Assembly (NCBI RefSeq): GCF_000143415.4
Contig: NW_003314298.1
Coordinates: 1,147,250-1,211,249, forward strand
Direction of reading: 5' to 3'
DNA length: 64,000 nt
From: Selaginella moellendorffii
Lineage: Eukaryota; Plantae; Lycopodiophyta
Shown here: positions 23,801 to 37,400 of the stretch, one piece after another
How positions within the stretch are numbered: position 1 is the first letter of the stretch
Layout of the letters: each line of letters starts with the position of its first letter
Notes under the pieces: generated by a model
Seen by the model: only the letters and a program-made list of their open reading frames with translations
Told to the model about the DNA's origin: nothing
The model's database searches: none
Made by a program: the position numbers and the translations under genes

Positions 23801-25448
23801 GCTTGGGTAAATGATGATCAACCCCAAAGTGGTTGATAGAAAAGTTAGTTTACTTACATATAGTAGCATTTTAGTAGCTTTGACTAAATTCTTAATGGTG
23901 ATCCATTATGCTAAGCTTAAGTTTTCTTTGAGGGTTTGCCCATAAAGTGTTGGAAAAAGGTTGTAGCATTCATTTGCTATAGCTTATTGGTTGATTTGTT
24001 AACACTTGGAGTAAATTGTTGGAAGAAACTGTATAGTTGAGGCATTGACATCGCTAGCAGTTGTATTAGTGGAAGTGGCATTGTTGTTTGAGTGATGAAG
24101 AATTTTCCTTAGAGCTTGATTCTCATTTTTTTTGTTAATGTTTTGGCTTCATATTAGATTTTGAAGGTGGTTGAAGAAAAATGTTAATGCAATGTGGATA
24201 TTTGAAGATATGGTTTTTGTGAACAAACCTTAGATGTTCATTTTACATTTTTGCAGATGTTGATGTTGGTGTTGGATGATGGAAATATGGGCATGACGTT
24301 CGATGCTTAAATATACTATGGGCCTTGAGAATTTATGTTAAAGTGAACCTATGTAAAGTTGTTGATAGAAGGAAGTTGGTTGAGCCTTGAAAGTTTGTAT
24401 TCCTAGACTTAAAGTCATTCTTTCTCTAGGATGGAAAATTTTCCACAAATTTTCTTAAGCTTTTCTAATGGTTGATTTATTGATCACTTTGTTCGAAAAC
24501 CATTCTATTTTTGTAAGCTAGTATAAATTAGTGAAAGGGTTAGAGTTGACTGTTGTTAGCTTAAACTTTAGTAAGTAGTTTGTAAGATGCAACCCAAAAA
24601 GGATGCTAACTTTTGGGGCTAAAACAATTAAGTTAGATAGTCTGGAGTTGGTGTAGAAAAGTAGTTGTTGTGCTTTTCTCGAAAGGTGACCCTTGTGCCT
24701 TTCTTCTGTAGCGTTGTGCTTGGTGGCAGGTTTTACCTTGCATTTCATTAGACTCTATAAGAGTAATGAGCTCTCACTAATTTTGACTTGGTCTTGGTAG
24801 CTTTGTGCCTTGGTTGAGGATGGTGATGTCCAACTTAGTTGTTTAAGGCTGAGATGTTAGTACCTATACTATAGCTTTCTCTATGAGGAGGTTGTGTACC
24901 AATATGAGTCAATCTCGTAATCTTCACTTTAGTTTTGACTGAGTGTTAATCATGCATAGCTAGCCTCTTCAAAGCATGCTCAAAACTATTGACTAGACAT
25001 ATTAGTGAGCTTATTGCGGTTGAATTGGATTCAAGTGGTCATTTAGTTCATGTTTGTCCGTGAACCTTTATCTTTCCTGGGGTATTACGTTCATGTTGGA
25101 TAAGTGTATGACTTAATGACAAAAGTTTAGTGTTTGGGTTTTATAAAGGCAAATTGAAGAGTGATTATTGGTTGCTCTGCAACTAGTGATTGCCTATAAA
25201 CTTCGTAAAAAACTATTAACACTTGCTTCACTCGATAATGATTTAGTAGTGATGGGCTTACTTTACTAGATGATGTTGCGGAGGATCATGTCGTGGCTTG
25301 CACAGGTTTTCCATGTTGGCATGTCGATTCCTTTGTCGATATCATTTGGTTGTGTTTAGTTCGTAGTGTTAGATTTCATTGAGTCTTGGATGTGGTGATT
25401 CACTCCTTGAGGAAGTGTTATCTATAACTAAGTTTTGCTGAAGGATTA

Positions 25449-27176
25449 TGTAAGCGACTAAATTTTCCATTCTACTTTAGTCACTTATCCACACCTCCGA
25501 CCACTTGGAGGAGTCTCATTCACAACCTCCATAAGTCCAATCCAGGACTTGGGACTTGCTAGCCCCGAGAATGGCATCCATGCCACTCAACATTTGCACC
25601 TGGTCCAAGTGCTCCACGTGTCTGATCCCATGACCGACACTCAAAGGTACCACCGACATAGCAGCCCGTTACGCTAAGGCCATGCCCAATCACCTTTGCC
25701 ACACTGGTAGTCCAATACCCCTTGCATCACAGTCTTGGCTCCCCAAGACTAGGCAAACCATCCGTGAGTGGTCATCTCAGATCCACTCCTTAGCATCCTT
25801 AGGATGCCCACCGACAAGGGGAATAGCCTTCCCCAATATCCCTCTGTCAGTCCCCACTAAGTCCCTTTCTGCCCCTGGCCGTGTTTGCCAACACTGCCAC
25901 TGGACCGAGACCCACAGGCCCGACCACTAAGTCCCACGGTCCTCTGGGACTTCCTCACCACACGACTGTGTCCTTGGTCACTACCCCAGAGGACTGCTCC
26001 TCTTCCTTTCCACAGTCTGGGCCTTTGGGACAACATTTCGGAACACCGTGGCCTTACGCGAGCCACCTAGGTACTCTCCTCGCCTTCTGCCCTTGGGTGC
26101 TCTAGCCATGGGCTTAGAGCGGGTTCCATTGAGCCACACCAGGTATCCAAGTAGGTAGTGCCACCCACACTTGGACTGGGAGCATCGGCCAGTCGATCTC
26201 CCGGGGGAACTAGAGCCGGCTCTTGAACACTTCACCAAGCTACCCCGCTTGTTGGTTTGTGTTCACTCTAGTCTTGGACTTCCCAGTGGGCAGCTCATCA
26301 CCCAACACTGGGTCTGGCCTTCCTGGGCCAAACTGGCCTTTCCTGGCCAAACTGGCTCCACTGCAGTCCTCCCCCTACTATACTTTTGGGGCTCACCAAA
26401 CCCCCCAGGGTCTGGGAGACGAACGCTTTGGGCTTTCACCCTCTCAGGCTCCGGACTCGGACTCGGACTCGGACTCGGACTCGGATTCGGACTCGGACTC
26501 GGGCTCGGGCTTGGTCTCGGCCTCGGCCTCGGTCTCGGTCTCGGTCCCGATCTCGGTCTCGGTCTCGGTCCCGGTCTCGGTCCCGGTCTCGGTCTCTACT
26601 TCGGACTCCATCTCGGACTCCATCTCGGACTCCATCTCGGACTCCATCTCGGGTCCATCTCGGACTCCATCTCGGACTCCATCTCGGGTCCATCTCGGAC
26701 TCCATCTCGGACTCCATTTCGGGTCCATCTCGGGTCCACCTCGGACTCCATCTCGGACTCCATCTCGGACTCCATCTCGGGTCCATCTCGGACTCCACTT
26801 CGGACTCCAACTCGGGTCCATCTCGGGTCCACCTCGGACTCCATCTCGGACTCCATCTCGGACTCCATCTCGGACTCCACTTCGGACTCCAACTCGAGTC
26901 CATCTCGGACTCCACTTCGGACTCCAACTCGAGTCCACCTCGGACACTCCCACGTGTCATGTGTTGGTCCTTTTGGGTCTCTTTTTGGAGCCTTGCCTTT
27001 TGCTCGCTTCGTGCTCGTTCCTCGAGCACTTCGTTGGGAGTTCCACTCCCGCTCTTGACTTTTCAAGTCGGAGCTTTTGGTCCAAACGTGTTACGCTCGT
27101 TTGGCTCTCGCTTCGGCCACTACCATGTGGCGCCCTTTCGGCTCCACTTTGGGGCCTAGGGATTTTGTGTCTCACA
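25449..27176 (-). mobile_element. Solo LTR, family B
   Basis: TG...CA ends, TSD GATTA on both sides, reverse complement of 29893-31662. Strand inferred from a promoter-like motif shared with family A. Confidence 0.93.
26450..26945. repeat. Hexamer/12-mer tandem array (GGACTC, GGTCTC, GGACTCCATCTC) inside the LTR
   Basis: Direct reading of the repeat units. Confidence 0.95.
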
Positions 27177-29892
27177 GATTAGTCCTAGATACTGACTAAA
27201 GTATCTTTGACTTTGGTTAGCTTGATTGCTAAAAAGTTTTAGGTGGTGATTCACTCTTGCTTTCTTCTAACTTTGTTATGGTGTTAATGGCATTGAAGTG
27301 ATGCCTTGTCGTTGACATTGTTGATATTAAGATTCAAGTGAAACGAAATGTCTTTCTTTAGGATTGATATTGAGTTTTATTAGTCTTGATGAAGATAATG
27401 TTGATGATTTGGCTATAGCTTTGTGTTATTAGCATTTGTGCATTTGTTAGTTAGCAACTATATTAGCATTCAAATGAGCTGAGTGGCAAGTTTGAGTTAG
27501 TTGCGTTTTAGACGAGATTATTTAGTAGGGGTTGAGTTTTGGCTTTTCCTTGAAAAGTGATTCAGTCATAGATTATGTTAGCTTTACAAGACGAAGAGTT
27601 AGTGATCGATATTGAAATGTTTGAATCCTTGTTAGATTTGAGTTGGAATATATTAATTATTGATGATTCTTCTTGTGCTTGTTATGAAGTGAGCTACATT
27701 TTGTTATAGATGGATTCATGGAGGATCGATTAAATGATCACTTGTTGAGCATAGAGGGATGTGTTGAGGGGGATATTGTGGGTTGTACCATGATTTCTCG
27801 TTAGCATTAAAGTTAGTTCTTGCAAGACTTGTGATTATTTGTTAGGCAAGATTTAGCTATAAGCTTCTTCGAGCTTTTGGTTCATTAAGTATTATGCTCA
27901 TTGTTTCATTTGTTAGAAGTTGTTGGGGGAAGGCATTTTGGCTTATTAGCTTCAATGTTGAAGTTAGTGTTGCATCTGGCAATTATTGGAGATGATTAAC
28001 TATCATTTAGGATAGTTGATTATCCTTATCAAAGGTTTTGCTTGATTATTGTTGATGTCGAATAATGTGTCATTCTTCGGGATGGTGGATTCTTTGTTTA
28101 ACAATAATTATGCATCTCTTCATTGATGGGATAATTGATGATTTTTCATGATAGTTAGTTTTTCTCTTTAATGGCTTATGGCTTTTGGCAATACCACATG
28201 TTCTTTGTGGTTTGCCTTGGATTGGTCTCTTGGGTTTGAGATATCAGTAGGATGTTGCTGACGCTTACTTAAGCAACTTTGGTTCCTTTGTATTGTTGAC
28301 CAAGATCTAGTCAAATTAGCTAGTGTGATAGTTGGCATGAATGAGTGTTTGTTGGTTTTGCCACATTCATTCTATTCTATTAATTATTGCTTAAGTTAGT
28401 TATGATAAATTAGGATGTTATTTCCTTCGGGTGATACATTTGTAAGCATCTTGCTTGCCAGTCAACGATACTTGGTGTTCTTTGAGTGATCTTTGGTAAG
28501 TTTTTGGGCATACTATTTACAATCTTCAGTAGTTAAGTTTTCTTATTAAGTTTACTTGATGATATACTTGCTATTGAATTTTGTTGGATGGTGAACTTTG
28601 TGTTTACCAATTATGATGATCTATAATTAAGTCTCTAAGATATATTTGTTTATAACTTTGATATTATCCATCTATTGATCTTTGAGTTTAGGCTAGTATA
28701 GGCAAACTAGCTTTGGCATTTTGTATGTATGGTGAAATCTTTAATCATGGGGTAGTTACTGTCAACTGATCACATAACCCGCCTCTCTGTCAATGTTCCT
28801 TATTCCGTTAAAGGGCGTGACCGTGTAAACAACTTTAACTACGTATTTACAGAGTCTATCTAAGCCTTATCGACAGGTATGGTTTCTTTGCTCATGAGGG
28901 TTGGGGCCTTTGGCTTCTCTCTCTATGTCCTTGCGGGTAGGGACGTATCACACTTTTGTAAGCTAGGTGACACCCAAAGCAGCAAGGGTGGCTAACTCCA
29001 TTGGTCATTTCCTTGTCGATGATGGCCGGAAGGTGTCTGAGTTGGTAATGCATTCTTGTTAGACAAAGAGGTTACCCTAACTCATTTAAGTTAGTGCATT
29101 TCTCACATAGTGTGAATACCATGAACTTTTTCTAGAGTTGTTTCTTTGGCAGTATTCTAGACTGGAGTATGCATCAATGAGAACGTCAATCTTCCCTAAG
29201 GGGTGGAGAGTGTCATGAATGTGACTTTGGGTATTGAAAGTTACATGTCGGCCAGTCTTTACAGACACTCTTTCCTTACTACGACGACGGTAGAAAGTCG
29301 GTACTGCTAGTTCCCTTTGTTAGCCCCTCTTGTCCAAGTGCTAGTAAATTGGGTTTAGCATTTGTACTTAGCCAGATGGACATAAGGTAGGAACTCCTAT
29401 GTATTTCTAGCTGAGCATTCTCGGCCTGGCTTTTAGTTCTCTTTTGCTCTGTTTTGCACTGGCTTGACAAGACCCCTCACGTATTGAGATTAATCCCTCA
29501 ATATTGCTGGATGATAGCTTATTGTGTCTGCCAAACACCCTCGCTATCATGCCCTTTGTGTTAGTCTCATTTCAGTTTCAAATGCTATTTATAGAAAGTG
29601 TCTAGATTCGCTTATTTGGCACATCTTCGGAATGTAGAGATTGTCCTGAACACAATGGTGTTTGTCCTGTGTCCAAATTTGCAATCTAGGGACATTCTAT
29701 AATTAATAAGTTTCAAACTTGTCCCAAAGACTAACTCCTGATACTAAGGGAGGCCTAGGGTGAAAGCCCAAAGCGTGTGTTCCTCGGGGGCAGCTGTGGG
29801 GGGGGGGGGGGGTTTCAAATGTATAGTAGGGATAGTGGGTAGGTCGAGTATGGCCAACCAACCTGAGGCATAGTTTAGCTCCCGCTTGCATG

Positions 29893-31662
29893 TGTGAGAC
29901 ACAAAATCCCTAGGCCCCAAAGTGGAGCCGGAAAGGGTGCCACGTGGTAGTGGCCGAAGCGAAAGCCCAAACGAGTGTAACACGTTTGGACTAAAAGCTC
30001 TGACTTGGAAGGTCGAGAGCGGGAGTGGAACTCCCAACAAAGTGCTCAAGGAGTGAGCACGAAGCGAGCAATAAGCAAGGCTCCAAAAAGGGACCCAAAA
30101 AGGACCAACACATGACACGTGGAAGTGTCCGAGATGGAGTCCGAGGCGGACCCTAGTTGGAGTTCGAGATGGACCCGAAGTGGAGTCCGATATGGAGTCC
30201 GAAGTGGAGTCCGAGATGGAGTCCGATATGGAGTCTGAGATGGACCCGAAGGGGAGTCCGAGATGGAGTCCGATATGGAGTCCGAGATGGACCCGAAGTG
30301 GAGTCCGAGATGGAGTCCGAGATGGACCCAAGATGGAGTCCGAGATGGAGTCCGAGATGGAGTCCGAGGTGGATCGAGACGGAGTCCGAGATGGACCCGA
30401 GATGGAGTCCGAGATGGACCGAGACGGAGTCCGAAATGGAGTCCGAGATGGAGTCCGAGATGGACCGAGACGGAGTCCGAGATGGAGTCCGAGATGGAGT
30501 CCGAGAAGGACCCGAGATGGAGTCCAAGGTCAAGACCGAGACCGGGACCGAGGCCGAGACCGAGACCGGGACCGGGACCGAGACCGAGACCGAGGCCAAG
30601 GCTGAGACCGAGCCCGAGCCCGAGTCCGAGTCCGAGTCCGAGTCCGAGTCCGAGTTCAAATCTTAGAGGGTGAAAGCCCAAAGCGTTCGTCTCCCAGACC
30701 CTAGGGGGTTTGGTGAGCTCCAAAAGTATAGTAAGGGGGAGGATTGCAGTGGAGCCAGTTTGGCCAGGAAAGGCCAGTTTGGCCCAGGAAGGCCAGACCC
30801 AGTGTTGGGTGATGAACTGACCACTGGGAAGTCCAAGACTAGAGTGAATACGGACCGACAAGCGGGGTAGCTTGGTGAAGTGTTCAAGAGCCGGCTCTAG
30901 TTCCCCCGGGAGATCGACTGGCCGATGCTCCCAGTCCAAGTGTGGGTGGCACTACCTACTTGGATACCAGGCGTGGCTCAACGGAACCTCGCTCTAAGCC
31001 CATGGCTTGAGCACCTAAAGGTGATAGGTGGGGAGAGTACCCAGGTGGCTCGCGTAAGGCCACGGTGTTCCGAAATGTTGTCCCAAAGGCCCAGACTGTG
31101 GAAAGGAAGAGGAGCAGTCCTCTGGAGTAGTGACCAAGGACACAGTCGTGTGGTGAGGAAGTCCCAGAGGACCGTGGGACTTAGTGGTCGGGCCTGTGGG
31201 CCTCGATCCAGTGGTAGTGTGGGTGAACACGGCCATGGGCAGAAAGGGACTTGGTGGGGACCAGAAAAGAGATATTGGGGAAGGCTATTCCCCACGTTTG
31301 TGGGCATCCTAAGGATGCTAAGGAGTGGATCTGGAATGATCACTCATGGACGGATGGTCCAGTCCTTGAGAGATGGGATTGTGATGCAGGTGGTGTTAGA
31401 CCATCGGTATGACCAAGGTAAAGGGGCATGGCCTTAGCGTAACGGGCTAGTATGTCGGTGGTACCTTGGGGTGTCGGTCTTGGGACCGGACACGTGGAGC
31501 ACTTGGACTAAGAGCAAGGGATGAGTGGCATGGATGCCATTCTCGGGGCTAACAAGTCCCAAGTCCTGAATTGGACTTAAGGAGGTTGTGAGTGAGACTC
31601 CTCAAAGTGGTCGAAGGTGTGGTTAAGTGACTAAAGTAGAATGGAAAAATCAGTCGCTTACA
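29893..31662 (+). mobile_element. Solo LTR, family B, inserted in the 3' LTR of the family A element
   Basis: tgtgagacac...gtcgcttaca with TSD GCATG (29888-29892, 31663-31667). Confidence 0.93.
30128..30657. repeat. GAGATGGAGTCC / GAGACC / GAGTCC tandem array inside the LTR
   Basis: Direct reading; reverse complement of the 26450-26945 array with different unit counts. Confidence 0.95.
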
Positions 31663-34482
31663 GCATGCTTGTCCTTATTTTACGTCCAGTTTGGGTCTAA
31701 ACTCAAGCTTCCTAACTGGTGGAGTACCCATATCTTCGTGTTAGACCACCGGTATGCCAAAATAGCACCAAACTCTATTTGGCTCCATTTTGCATGTCAG
31801 TCCTGGCATTGGGATGCTGAATGCTCTAGGACTATTCCAAGTCACTCTGTGCTCCTGTCCTTTTGCTCCTTGGGTTGAATGCTTGGGAGTTGCTCTGTGG
31901 TTCAGTTCCTTCGCTCCTTAGCTCCATGCTTGGGAGTTTGGCACCATTCCTTCATTCAGTGGCCCAAGGCCCTAAAACTTGGGTTCCACACCATTGTCCT
32001 TTGGACACATGGCATATGACATGTGGCATATAACAAGTGGCATAAGGGTTTAGGTTCTGCTTCATGGTTATCCTATAGTAAATCACCATAGGATAAATGG
32101 TAAAAAACACATGCACTATAGTTGGGCAATAAAGCTCAAGTAGGATATGCATCACCGATGGAGATTGGAACCAATACCCAAACAATGTATTACAGATGTC
32201 ATCGTTGTCTACAAGATTTAGTATGATGTCAGTAAAGTTATCACACCTTGGCAAAACCCTTGCAACACACTCGCTATTATGAAAACTGTCATTTTCTCTT
32301 CTTCAGAACACATGGTAGGTCCACATCATAACCTGAATAATAAAACTTTAAAGACAACCAAAACAGAAGATGATTTCTTACCTTCTTTGGCATGCCTATG
32401 ACGCCTTTGGTCTCGACCCCAACACTATCTATGATGCACCCAAAAGAGAACCTCTTGAAGTTCACTCAAGTTGCATACCTCATAAGACAGGACATCCAAT
32501 GGGGGTCATTCGAGAGAATGAAGGCAACTTGACTGGTTGTGTGAAAGAAAATTGCTGCCAAAAGGAATGCATCCTTTAAGTGGTCTTTAGTTAGGATGTT
32601 CTAGCTTGGGACATCACCATTAGCATCTGAAAGACCATCTAGCATGTCAAAGAGCATAAAGTTTGTGCTCTTGAGCAGTTGCATATAGATCTTCTGACAA
32701 AAGTGCTCCCACATTTGCCAAATAGCCATATTCTCAGCATCCTCCTTAAAAGATGCCATCAATAAACTGTAGGAGCCAATAAAGATCCCAACTTCACCAT
32801 GGAATGCCACTGGAGAAACAGGGCAAATCTAGGGGGAGAAAACAAAGATAAGATGTGAACTTAAGAAAAATTTATATACCGTTATGTGTCATATGGTAGA
32901 TGTAAGTTCCTCTAGGTCCTCTTCTCGAGCATCAAGACAAGCTGGAATGAAGTTACTCCTGACAGTTTTTGCTGCAACCATTTTGAGGAACTAAGAAAAG
33001 GAGAGAATTAAGAGAAATATACCTTGAAAAGTTCTTCAGTTACGGGCATGTCTTGGACCATTATCATCACTGTCGACTAATTCCTCTAGATGTGGATTTG
33101 CACGCTTTTGTCAAGGTAGAACTTCTTGGATGTTTTAGTTCTTTTGCTCGACTTCGTCTCGAGGAATTTCTTGCAAGTCATTCTCACCGCCGTCTTCACT
33201 CTCCTTGCCATTGGCACCAACAGTGTCAACATTCTCATGGCCATCATCTTCGTCATCTGGCACATCTTCATTGTTGCCTCTTGCAACCTCTCAGTCAGTT
33301 GGTGTATAATTTGGCATCTCCAATTCCCAAGGACAAGCTCACTTTATTACTGCTGGAAACTTCATTGTTGTCGGGTACATGCCTCCATCTCTCACACCAT
33401 GCCTCAAGAATCGTTTGCATACCGGTGTTTCAAGAGGAACACCTCTATATTGGAGATACCTATAATAGAATATAAACAAATTAAGTATAGTTGAGAAATT
33501 GTATGTTACCTGAAAGCCACTTGCCCCATGAAGTAAGGTTGGCCAAGTTATTTATCAAATGGAGTCGTGCTTGTGGCCTTCTTTGGTAGCCAGTCCTCTT
33601 CGAGTTTTGTAGGTTTAGTGGTGACGAAGTCCTTGAATGAAAGTTGCTCAGAATCATCCCCTATGAAAGGCGCTAGAAACATCTCCCCTTCATATACAAT
33701 TTGTGAAATGTAGATGGTCCTCCTTATCATAGTCTCCATCATATTATCCATACCTTTTTCTCCTTCCCTGAGTCTGCTATTGAGGTCGTTCAGAATGTGT
33801 ATCTGTTTCTCATATGTAAGCTTTGACTTTGAGATGTTGTAAATAATCTCATCTGGAGTCTTGCCCACTAAGAAATAACTTTTGTGAGTAACCTTCATGT
33901 AAACACAAATAATACTTAATTTCATGACAAGCAATCTCTATTATGATGTCAAACCACTCCTTTACGTATTAAGGGTTAGCCACACTAAATAATTTCTTTA
34001 CCTTTGTTTTCTTTGTGATGTTGATTTTCTCGTCAATTGTAGCTAAATGCTAAGAGAGTTCTTGATCATTTTCAGCTCGATGTGACTGTGCATATGCATC
34101 TTGCCTAACCTTCACCAATGGTTGAAGACAACACAAACATTCTATGATAAGAAGTATACTTGGAAGAACATACCTTACTCCACATGACTGTCATAAAAGC
34201 CACTAAATTCTTGTACCATCTATTGGCATCTTGACGACCTCGTTGATGCCGAATAAGTGATGCTAAATCATCACCATAGTGGTTGTAGACTACATCCTCA
34301 TCGAGATTGGCAAGAAACCGAATCTACTTGATATCATGTACTAGGCTTTGTTTTTACATTGCAAACTTTCCCAGCCTGCAAAACACAAATTGTGAAATTG
34401 ATTGAAGAGGGAGAGATACTTATGCATTAATTTTGTGGCAAGTAATCACAAGCCTTGCCATATCTAGAGATCCTCTCGTGTG

Positions 34483-37400
34483 TGTCAAGACCCCCAACAA
34501 GATCAAGACTGGAAAATGCAAAAGACAAAGAGAAAAGCTAATGGAAACAAAGAAGAGGCCTTAGACTGGTGTTGATTCAGATTGTGGAGAAATGGAACAA
34601 GGCTAACATATATATACTATAGGTTGATGAAGCTCCACCACTCTTGGATTGAGGACGGCCTAAATATAGTTGAGGTTGAGGAGGCGCCATATCAATATTA
34701 GGAATGTGGCTCGAGACTCAGGAATTGTCCAGGAAATCAGAGAGTCAGGAATAGGGAAGTGTCTTGAGAGTCAGGAATAGGGAAGTGTCTCGAGAGTCAG
34801 GAATAGGGAAGTGTCTCGAGAATCAAGAATGTGGTCTGCAAGTCAGGAATCCGGCGAGAGTCAGGAATGTGGCAAGAATTGGGGGATTCGGGGATTCCTG
34901 ATAGCACCCCCTCCTCAAGAACGAGTGGAATGAGGATGTGAATGAGAACGACGAGGAGGATGAGATGAGCGGCGAGGGATGGGAGATGGAGAAAAAGAAT
35001 GAGGACTGGGACGAGAAGGATAGCGGCGGTGGAAGTCCTGAACAAGGTCAGGAGAATGAATCAGGTTGTCCGCAGGTTCCCAAATGCGTTCTTCAGGCCC
35101 GTAACCCTTCCAGTCGACCAGATAGTAGAGTTTAGACCGTGAAATCTTGGAATCAAGGATGTCCTAAACCTCGTACTCAGACCCATCCTCGAGCTGCACC
35201 GGTGGAGGTGGAGGAATGACCCAATTGGGAATAGGACTGGGAATATAAGGCTCAAGGAGAGAGGAATGAAAAACAGGGTGAATTTGATATGAGGAGGGAA
35301 GTGCAAGGCGATAAGTGACAGGATTAATGATGGCAGTGATAGGGAAAGGACTGAGGCGTTTGAAATCAAGTTTTGGACAGGGCCTGGTGGTGGAGATATT
35401 TCGCCTAAGGAGCCAGACTTTATCCCCGATATTGTAAGGGGGACAATCCTGATGATGGACATTGGCAAATGTTTTGTGAGATTCCTGAGCTCGATGGAGG
35501 TGGAAGGAGATGGAGTTGTAGATTTCTTGGAGGTTGGAGACAAATGCCTCAGAGCGGGGATTTGAATGAGAGGATTCGGATGGAGAAGGAAGTGAGAGAT
35601 TGAATCGGGGATTTCGGCCAGAGTTTGCAAAGAAGGGGGAAATTCGAAGAGAGGAGTGAACAAAGTTGTTATAGGAGAACTCAGCAAGGGGAAGGATATC
35701 GAACCAGTTATCATGATGATAGTTGATGAAGCACCTCAAGAATTGTTCTAACGTCTGAATCGTTCACTCGGACTGCCCATCAGTTTGAGGATGATACGCC
35801 GAAGAGAGGTTGGCCTTCACTCCCAGTAGCTGCAAAAACCATTTCCAGAAATGAGAGATGAACTGAGGCCCCCGATCCGAAACCACATCCGTAGGAATCC
35901 CATGAAGTTGGAAAATTTCCCTGAATACCAGTTTTGCCATGTCCTCGCCCGAAAACTCCTTGGTACATGGCAAGAAGTGCACCATCTTTGTGAAGCGATC
36001 CACCACGACTAAAATGTTGTTGAAGCCTCCAGAACTCGGAAGATCACTCAAGAAATCCATGGAGATGGATTCCCAAGGACCTGAAGGGACCGGAAGGGAA
36101 CGAAGCAAACCTGAAGGAAGGTGGCGAGGTACCTTATTTTGGGCGCAAGTGTCACAGGAGGTAACAAAAGCTTTGATGTAGTTGTCCATGTGAGGCCACC
36201 AAAAGTCCCGTGCAACTAGCTCATAGGTTTTCGCAATGCCGAAGTGACCAGTAGTGGGGCTATCGTGGCACGCCATCAGGACCAACCTTCGAGCATCACC
36301 TTCAGGAACGTAAAGCTGCTCCCCACGGTATAATAAGCCATCTAAGAACTGGAACTCGTCAAATCGCCGGCAGTCGGGAGTCACAGGGTGTCCAGCCTGA
36401 AGATGGGGGAAAATGTCGCTGGCAAGATCATCGGATTGAAGATCGTTTCTGATTGCATTCATCAAGGAGGAGTCCTACGGGGCCAAGGAAATTGCCATAA
36501 CTTGAAGCTGATCAGGACCGAGGATAACTTGATCCTGTTGATCGAAGGCAGGATTACCAAGCCTGAGACTTAGATAGGAGCGCCTTGAAAGAGCATCAGG
36601 AAGGCCTTGAAGCTTTCCAGGTCTGTACTTGATAACAAAGTCAAACCGACTCAGGAATTGTGCCCACCTTGCTTGACGACGGCTTAAAACTCGGGAACTG
36701 GCAAAGTACTCGAGATTTTTGTGATCCGTCCAGACTGTTGTTTGATGGCCCGCCCCCTCCAAGAAACGGTGCCACTCTCCAAGGAATCCACGATGGCAAG
36801 GAGCTCCTTGTCGTGGATTTCGTAATTGATCTTTGCAGGCTGGAATTTCTGAGAATGGAAAGCAACCGGATGAAGTTCTTGATCCGCTCCGAGTTGAGAC
36901 AGCACAACACCGATGGCAAAGTCGGAGGCGTCAGCCTCGATGAAGAAAGGTTGTGAGGAATCAGCATGGATCAAAACAGGAGCAGAACTGAAGGCTGCCT
37001 TGAGTGTGTCGAAGGCATGCTGGGCAGCAGCAGACCAAAAGAAGGGAACATCCTTGCCAGTGAGATGCGTGAGAGGAAGGACAATGTCAGAGTAGTGATC
37101 AATGAATTTGCGGTAGAAGTTGGCGAAGCTAAGGAAAACCTGAACGTCCGACATTGATTGTGGAGGCTCCCACTCGAGAATAGTCTTGACCTTGGCAGGA
37201 TCCATCGTGATACCCTCAGGAGTGACAATGTATCCAAGGAACTCCACAGACTGCTGATCGAAAGAACATTTCTCAAGCTTCGCGTATAGGCCGTGTTCGC
37301 GCAGCTTTGCCAGCACCTTGCGTACATGTTCGTTGTGCTCCTCCTGAGTTTTTGAGTAGATGAGGATGTCATCGAGGTAGACGATCACCATCTGATCAAG

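Larger units (their letters stand above)
21553..32120 (+). mobile_element. Full-length LTR retroelement (family A) with a decayed, ORF-less interior; LTRs 21553-22636 and 29211-32120 (the latter split by a solo LTR)
   Basis: TSD GTTGG (21548-21552, 32121-32125). PBS TGGTATCAGAG for tRNA-iMet at 22639-22649. Purine tract ...AAGGGGTGGAGAG ending at 29210. The two LTRs are colinear. Confidence 0.92.

Noticed and set aside
26171-27182. Long low-complexity ORFs in several frames on both strands (SR-, RD-, ES-, GL-rich), also at 29744-30939
   Set aside because: Artefacts of stop-free hexamer/12-mer arrays inside solo LTRs.
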